Source: Bigelowiella natans CCMP2755
Taxonomy: Eukaryota; Protista; Cercozoa
DNA: 64,000 nt
Reading direction: 5' to 3'
Assembly (NCBI GenBank): GCA_000320545.1
Contig: ADNK01001329.1
Location: 1-64,000 of the forward strand
Under the pieces are notes generated by a model that did no database searches, was not told the DNA's origin, and saw only the letters and a program-made list of their open reading frames with translations. Of this stretch, positions 55,850-64,000 are shown piece after piece. Within the stretch, counting starts at the first letter, position 1; each line of letters starts with the position of its first letter. A program made the translations under genes and the position numbers.

Positions 55850-58800
55850 CAGAGAGAGTAGTAGATGGTGGTACACTCACCCAGAATGTAGAAGAGGATG
55901 AAAAAAGCCCTCATTCCCTCGTTTGAAACACTGCATGCTGCGTCCGCAACAATGAACCAGTTGTTGACCACTTTAAGCACACACACACACACACACACAC
56001 ACGCGCGCACACGCACACAGGCAGCACACTTTCAGATGATGAGCAACAAACCCATCCCCACTGCCATATGATTCAAATCTCACCGAGTAAATTGAATTGC
56101 ACGATCAGCCCGTTCACAAGCGAGTCATAGTTCAGCCCTGAAAAGGAGAGAAGTGTTATTTCCATATTTGAGGGGAAATTAAATTCAAGTAGAGGAGCAT
56201 AGTATTATCTAAAAAGTAGTATAGCAGTAGTACAGTAGTGTTGGACAAGTTCTGACCGAAGTAATCATTTGTATGATAGGCGAGGTTCTCAGGGACATTT
56301 TCTCGAGTTAATTTTCCTGAATCGCGCGATAAAAACAAACAACCTCAACCACATGGTGGGGGGGGAGGAGGGTGCCAAAGGGAGCGAGCTACTGCACTAC
56401 AAATCTTTCATCCCTTCCTACTACCTTCCAACAAATCCATGCCAACAACTGCGAAGAAATACCTGAGGGTGGTAGTTTCACGCAATGAGTACATGCATCT
56501 ATGGTGCTGTTTCATAGGAGGAATATAAATTCGGGTGAGGAGGGATGTGTCTCCACTTATCACCCCACAGGTTTCTCTATGATTTTGCATCCTGCAACTA
56601 TTATTACATGAACTGAAGTAAAACACAGAATAAGGCCGTCAGCACGGGCGCTGATCTCACTATAGCTTGGTACAAAATCTCAAACCCCTGGTTGTATCTC
56701 AGTAAGCGCAACAAACGAATCTGATTTAAGGGTACGCAACACAACATTGGTGGAAATACAACAATAACATCTACGCTCAGTGTTTTTTATAGCTCCAATC
56801 AGATAAAAGTAGTTGGTGAGCAGCGTCATCAACATCAGCACCATTATCACTATTTATAACCGATCTAAGCGCGGCTAGGTCTCCGCCCTGTCCTTTAATT
56901 ATCCACTCGAGTATTGCAACTGAGGGACGGGGGGGGGAGGGGGGGGATTCGATCAGTCGCAGCAAGAGGTAGGCAAAGCTTATGGAATAGCCCGTTACAA
57001 CCAACAGCAATGCTTACGTCTATTACTCATATAAGTGTGACTGACTAATCGTATATCTCATGATGGTAGAAATCTTGAAGTGATAATAATACCCAGAAGC
57101 ACGGTGAGATCCAGAATGTTAAAATACTCATTGAAGACCCTCTCGTGACTTGCGATCAAAACTGCGGCCTGTAGCAAGGATGATATCATTATGACTGGAG
57201 TATAATAACAACCAAGGAAAGTCATATGATTTTTGCTGCAGCTTTACCATCTCAGTGCTGTGTATCACAAGAATGACGCTCAAGAACGTGTAAATGTTGT
57301 CCGCGTCTTGTCTGGATAGAAATAGTATGGATGAATCGTTAAGAAAGTGTTCATACATAAAAAAAAAAATGAGATGAAAAAAAAAGAACGATAATGCAGT
57401 TTACCTGTCAATATAGTCCGTCGCTATTAACAAAAACTGAAAACAGTAACGAGGGCACTTAATTCCTTGCTTCGTGATCGATGTGTCAGTGAAGAAAGGA
57501 GTTATATATTATTTATCACCAAGTTGATGACCACGCTAATGTCAATGAATGTCTCCACAGCGAGGAGGTTGGTGTGTGGAATCTTGACGGCCAGAACCTC
57601 ACTATATGATGATGACGACGACGATGATGATGATGGTGATGCCTTTAATGTATCTCTATATAGATGCTAAAGTAGTAAAGCTGGATGATTTTTTAATATA
57701 TTTCGAGCCTTAGCAGATTTGTTAATTTACCGTATTTTGTCCCGAAATTGCTGCCATCTTAATTTAGCCGTCCTGTATGTATGCAGTAGCAAGTAATGAC
57801 GTACAAAATAGATGAAACGGATCTGCAACGATAACAACCGTGTGAATACTCCTTCCGTCGAGTTAATTGCTTCACTCCTTCTCATAGCCTCTTCCTTCTG
57901 AGGAGCATAATAACAGAAACACCGTCTGTACCACGGCGCCCTACTACCAACCATTTATTCTGAGAAAGCGTTCAATGCTACCACCTCGAAGTGTAAGTTG
58001 TAGAGGACCACAATGATGCCAAAATCTTCATGTTCTATCTTATTTGTCTTATCCCTAATCCGAAAACAATAGTAACACATTACATCAACGATCACTCGCT
58101 CTCTCCTTATTTCCAATGAACGTATTCGATGCGTATTATTTGTGTGTTTGTTGTCATGTGGGGTGGAGATGAATGTTGTACTGCTGGCGTTGGGATAATG
58201 GGAGTTGGCAATGATGATGTCAAACTTACACGTCTGCAATGAGGAAACACGATTCCCGCTCCTTAGCAGTGAAATCTAAATACAATGGTTCAGATCGTCA
58301 TAAGCACACGCATCTCACAACTCACAAACCCGCACATTCAGCCCATCAATATCGTTATCATCATCAGCAGCAGGAGTAGCAGCATCATCATCGTCAATGC
58401 CGTCGCATTTTCATCTCGGAATTAGTAAATAAACACCCGGTCTGAGATGCTTCAGAACTTCGAGAAAATGTGCCTTGTCGATCGCTCCCGTCCCTTTAAC
58501 GTCACAAAGCTGGAAAGCTGCCTGGAATGCAAGTTTCGCGCGATTTCGATACACCTAAACAACGCGAATGCAATGAGACTTTGCTAGGAGGATACAGCTG
58601 GTCACGAAGAAGCAGCAGTGTTTCAATCGGCATCTATTCCAGCACCTCTAGATCATGCTCGAGCCTTTCCTTGTATGAATTGAAGACAGTAGCGAGAACC
58701 AAGTTGAGGAATATGAACAAGCCAACCACCTTGGATGAAATAACAAAGGAAGAGGAGAAGGAGGAGAAGGAGGAGGAGGAGGAGGGAGGACGGATAAAGG

Positions 58801-59692
58801 AACTTTTAGGTAAAACTCGATGCTATGTTTTTATCATTTCTTACCAGAAATATGATGAAGAAGATAACGTTATAAATCGATGCATGCATCGCGTGTATCA
58901 TCACGTCGGGATAGTTTGCCTGAAGATCATATGCCTCACCGTTACAATTAACATATATTATTTCAATCAGAGCTCGATATGTAGCGGCCTATGCTACAAG
59001 CTGCTCGTTACCGTTGTGAGCAATGTGAATAGGCTGATGCAAGAACGGTAAAATGTCCCGAACTCCTTCGGAGAGATCTCGGCATAGAACTAAGAAATAA
59101 TGAAGATCATCATAAGATGCATAAATTGTGTGGTACAGGCAGTGACAGCGTGCAAGTATGCCCAAGTTTCAATATATGCAGAAACGGATAACTACGAATG
59201 TTGTGAAACGGTGATGGCCGCAAAATAAATCCATCGGTTGTTACGTTTACAAATGTGTCAGTTGTCACCTTTGTCCCCACAATGGCGAAAATCACGAGAT
59301 GGAACACCACCAGCGTGCCAATGTAGGTGATAGCAACCATGCCCTAGTTATCATAGGGTTGAAGACAATGATCAACATAATTGCAATGCTACAATATTAC
59401 TGTATACCTGGAACATACTGTTCATGACTTTCCGTAGATTGTGCGCATAAGCTAGAGCAAAAAAGGGTCGCAGCATTCTGCATAGACGATTGTCAAACAT
59501 ACATCATATTACCGCATGGTTTGGGAAATTTGATCAAAGCTGCCATTTTAAAAAGACTTCTAGGAAGCATTATTCTTCACATAAAGTAGCTATAATTCCT
59601 ACCTTTGAATTCTCAACTCATGGGGCAGAAATACCCATATCCAGGAAAACAGCAGAATGGGAATCTGAACGGAAATGCCATTTTTTGAATGC

Positions 59693-59733
<41 letters not shown>

Positions 59734-60912
59734 CAGAAGGCAACTGTCACGGAAATGAAAAGGGATTATCCCCCCCTTACTTTGGCTTTGTTCCATCCAG
59801 AAGCAAAAAAATGCGTGGAACCCCGAGCATATAACTCCAAAATTGTATCCACAGAATATACCATAAGGCAAATTGCTTCAATCGTTAACAGCAAGGGTAC
59901 TGGTGCACACAGTGCGTCCATGCATGGAGATTCAAAGAATGCTAAGCACAGATTGACTATTGAAACTGCAACAATAGTTCGTCGCCACGAACGATTGTGC
60001 GTTATCTTGTACATCTGAAAATTGCGAAACAAAGTGTGAATCGTCTCCAATCTAAAGCAGAGCAGATTATCCAAAGATCACTGGTGTGGCAAACAGCAGT
60101 ACCTTCAGAGGTTGCAAATCCAAAAGATGATACAAATCCCGGCCATGTATTCCATCATTTATTAGTACAGCTGCAATATCGCATCGATCTGGAGTGTAAA
60201 TTGTACAATGTCATTGATCAGAGATCACCATAATGGGTATATGACTAATTAAAATTGCCTTCCATTGAGACATCATCCCAGCTTTCACCGTACGGCGGCT
60301 TCAAATCCTATTGGACCACATCATGCACTCTCACTCAATAGTCGCATTGTAGTGGCTCCCCACAACAAGAGACACATAAAAATGGTGGCGGGGATACAGA
60401 GCAAAGATCGTCCTCTGTGTTAATTTTCTAAGAGTTTTCCATAAAGATCGTCCTCTGCGTCATTTTTCTCTGCGTATTTAATTATTCATTGAAACGGAGG
60501 CACACATACACACACACACCTTCAAATTTAGCTCGTTTTCCGACAATTCTATTCTCATATAGGTCGGAAGGCTCATCGACTGTGAAGAATATAGATCATC
60601 GTAACATTCATTCTCAAGGTGGTGTAATAAGTGTATGACCTGCTCCTGAATCATTTTCTCATCAAGATCATGTTTTTTCTCCTCGGGCAGCAAAGGCAGA
60701 GCAAGGTTATTGCTGGATATCGTGGCCGCGCTTACCGTTTTTTTGGTAGAGACCTCATCTAGTGATATTAAATTTGTAGATACTACACGTGCCGAAGTAA
60801 TGGGGCCTCCAGAATTTATGGAGAGCCCTCTTCCTCCTTTTCCGTCTGTTTGTATCACTGGGTTCATTGCCAGGGGATTCTTGCCGTCGTTCTCTTCATT
60901 GATACTACTCAT
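54653..60912 (-). CDS. Two-pore cation channel (TPC) paralogue B, intron-rich; 3' end approximate
   Basis: WRRTIVAVSIVNLCLAFFESP; S4 RMLRPFFALA; pore I CISLFTLLTT/ANYPDVM; EF-hand-like AFQLCDVKGTGAIDKAHF; pore II QFNLLV/VNNWFIVADA; S6 VLVALNVITAFILD. Confidence 0.85.
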
Positions 60913-61555
60913 TGTTTGAAATCCACCCGTTTCAATTAAGATCCATCATACCGCTATACCGCTGCGTTCTAGATTTATGGTTTGGTGATCGTGGGGGGGG
61001 TCAACTTGAGCAAATACGTTTACTGATCCTTCTTGGTTGTTTTATGATATAAATGTTTACAAGATCGCAACACATCGCATAACACTTTCATTAGATCTAA
61101 CCGAAACTGTTGAATTTCTTTTCTTGAACTGAAATGAAAATCGAAACGCTTCCACGAGAATCTCCGCAAAATCTCTCCTTCGAGTCGGATTCAGAAAATG
61201 TAAAAATCCCAATGGCCAAGAATTGTTAACGGGAAAAAGATATTTTAATTGGATCATCGTCCCTATTTTTTCATAAAAAGGCCAATTATAATGTATATTC
61301 TCTGTCTACTTTGGGTCACCCAAGGGCTTAATAAATTTAGCTGGTGTCGTCACTCAAATGTTCAAGAAGGGACAGACTCAGATTTTATCTTGCGACTTTA
61401 AATTTCTGATGTCGTATCCCGAGAAGGATCTTTATTTTCGGTTTTCGTATCATTCCTTGCTCAGGGAAAGTTGCGGATTGTGCATTCTACGACCCCCCCC
61501 GTGCCCTGTATTCCACCTCACTTGAATCGTAATACAGCAATCGAAACGTCGCACC

Positions 61556-64000
61556 ATGGTAAACTGTTTAAAAATATTTAATAGTCATGGTTTAGCGGTA
61601 CTTTTCAAGCGTGTGAGAGGACAGCCAGAACCCCATCTAATTGACCGCGCATGCGGATCTCTATAACGTGTTCTTAGCCTCTGCGACTAGACGTTCAAAA
61701 GGTGATGTCGGTGGCGTCGGAGCGCGTAAAGTGCTGCGACATTCATCCTACAGAGCCGTGGGTTCTCTCCGCCCTTTATTCCGGGCATGTCTTTATTTGG
61801 AACTACGAGACACAGGCATTGGTCAAAAGTTTCGAAGTATGTGATCTTCCAGTGCGTTGTGCGAAATTCATCGCCAAAAAGCAATGGTTCGTCTGTGGGA
61901 CAGATGTGAGTTACTTATCATAATATATTTTAAAGCTGCAACTATATCGTAAGACCCGCTGTTATTGTAAATTAAATTAGGATATGAAAATCCAAGTTTA
62001 CAATTACAACACAATGGAGAGAGTGCATTCCTTTGAAGCGCACTCAGATTACATAAGGTTACCTTGAATTTCAATTCGATTTATGCATATGGGTCTAAAA
62101 CATTCAACAACAGATGCTTGGCCGTTCATCCGAGTCTACCAGTAGTACTGTCTTCCTCTGATGACATGTTCATCAAACTATGGGATTGGGAAAAAGGTGA
62201 TTCAGCCAGTCTTTTGATACAACTCTAGTCGAGACGTATTTGCACCTTTATGGAATCTTACATCGATATTATTAGGTTGGGAGTGCTACCGGGTGTATGA
62301 GGGTCATTCCCACTACGTCATGCAAGTGGAGTTCAATCCAAAGGATACGAATACGTTCGCCAGTGCCTCACTGGACCATACAATCAAAATCTGGGGCCTG
62401 ACATCTTCCACGCCACACTTTAGCTTAGAGGGCCATGAAAGGGGTATCAACTGCGTCAGTTATTTTCAGGTGATAATCTTAAAACATGTTTTGCAGCAGT
62501 ACAGAACAGAATCCTGATTTGGTTATTGATTAGGGTGGAGATAAGCCTTACTTGGTCTCTGGAGCAGATGATTGCACTGTAATACATAATCTAATTATAT
62601 TCTAATATGGCGGTGCAATTAAAACACCCTTTCTTTTTTTCTCTTTGCAGGTGAAAATCTGGGATTACCAGACCAAAACATGCATAAAAACCCTGCAAGG
62701 CCATCAGGTATAAAGTTACTATCGTTTTTCTCGAGTACTGGAAAAGATATGCTGTCTTTCTGTTTAAAGGCAAACGTATCAGCTGTGTGCTTCCATCCTG
62801 AGCTTCCAATCATTCTGTCGGGGTCTGAGGATGGGACAGTCCGTCTGTGGCACTCTCTCACATTCACGCTCGAGAACACATTTAACTACGCCATGGTACG
62901 ACGACATTGAGTACGAGTGCTTCTGGGGCTAGTCTTAGTCTTAGTAATAATTGACACTGGTGCTACTTTCGCAGGAACGTGTATGGGCGCTCTCTTACAT
63001 GAAAGGGTCAAACAAGGTGGCCATCGGTTTCGACGAGGGTACGGTCATGGTCCAGATAGGCCAAGAAGAGCCTGTTGTTAGTATGGATACCAGTGGTAAA
63101 GTCGTTTTTGCCCGAATCCATGAGATTGTGCAGAAAAATGTGCGCCAGGCCGATAAGAAGGTATCTTCCGTGCATTTTTTGAGTAATGATAACAGTAGTA
63201 ATTATATGTTGTATTGCGCAGCTTGCTGACGGGGAACGACTGGAACTCGCGCAGAAGGAGTTGGGGACGTGTGACCTTTACCCCCAATCCCTTCAGCACA
63301 ACAAGAATGGACGTCTCATATGCGCTTGTGGCGATGGGGAATATGTTATTTATACCTCACTTCGTTTGAAGAACAAAAGCTACGGGCAAGCTATCGAGTT
63401 TTGCTGGTCGGGGCACGACTCGGGCACTTACGCCATCCGAGAAACAACGTCGAAGCTAAAAGTTTTCAAGAATTTCAAGAAGCATCGAGATTTTCGACCA
63501 CGATTCTCGGTTGAGGGTATCTATGGGGGTTCGCTGTTAGGAGCAAGAGGCTCTAAGCACGTGGATTTTTACGATTGGGAAGAATGCAGGCTAATCAGAC
63601 GCATACGAGTTATACCAAAGAAGATATACTGGTCGGAAACGGGAGACCTCTGTGTTATTGCTTGCAAAGCTTCCTTCTATGTGCTCCGTTACAATCGCGA
63701 TCTTGTCGGTAAATATCTCAATGAAGGAGTCGAGATAGGCGATAATGGCATCGAGAAATCGTTTGACTTTGAGCAATCGGTTCAAGAGTCTGTTGTTACT
63801 GGCCACTTCGTTGGAGATTGCTTTATTTACACAAATGCCTCGCAGCGACTCTGTTACTTCATCGGAGGGCAAACTATTATTCTTGCGCATTTGGATAGGC
63901 CAATGTTCCTGCTCGGATACCTAACCAGGGAGAACCGGGTTTACTTGATGGACAAGCAGTATAACGTGGTCAGCTTCAATCTCCTCATGTCGGTTTTGAT
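61556..64000 (+). CDS. COPB2: Coatomer subunit beta' (Sec27), 3'-truncated by the window end
   Basis: [56 protein letters not shown]; [27 protein letters not shown]; [11 protein letters not shown]. Confidence 0.97.

Overview
Gene-dense, intron-rich eukaryotic (protist-type) nuclear DNA using the standard code, with GT-AG introns of about 40-300 bp that are often filled with microsatellites. The lineage cannot be fixed from this window. About 15 spliced protein genes can be reconstructed by eye: an RBR E3 ligase, CHTOP-like, two two-pore channels (TPC), a COPI-associated/Tvp15-like protein with a WW domain, two unknown proteins, RRP46, an amino-acid transporter, ATG12, katanin p80, RPS6, ARP3, PSF2, NCA2/DGS1-like and beta'-COP. 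The most striking signal is non-genic. Three intergenic islands (about 9.37-10.07, 15.3-16.69 and 38.6-40.04 kb) have lost almost every TpA dinucleotide except inside CTAG, are rich in TpG/CpA and keep abundant CpG. Weaker versions sit between other gene 3' ends, whereas introns and promoters keep TA and pure (TA)n tracts. This looks like region-targeted, context-specific T:A>C:G hypermutation, the mirror image of fungal RIP. All counts are by eye and gene boundaries are approximate.
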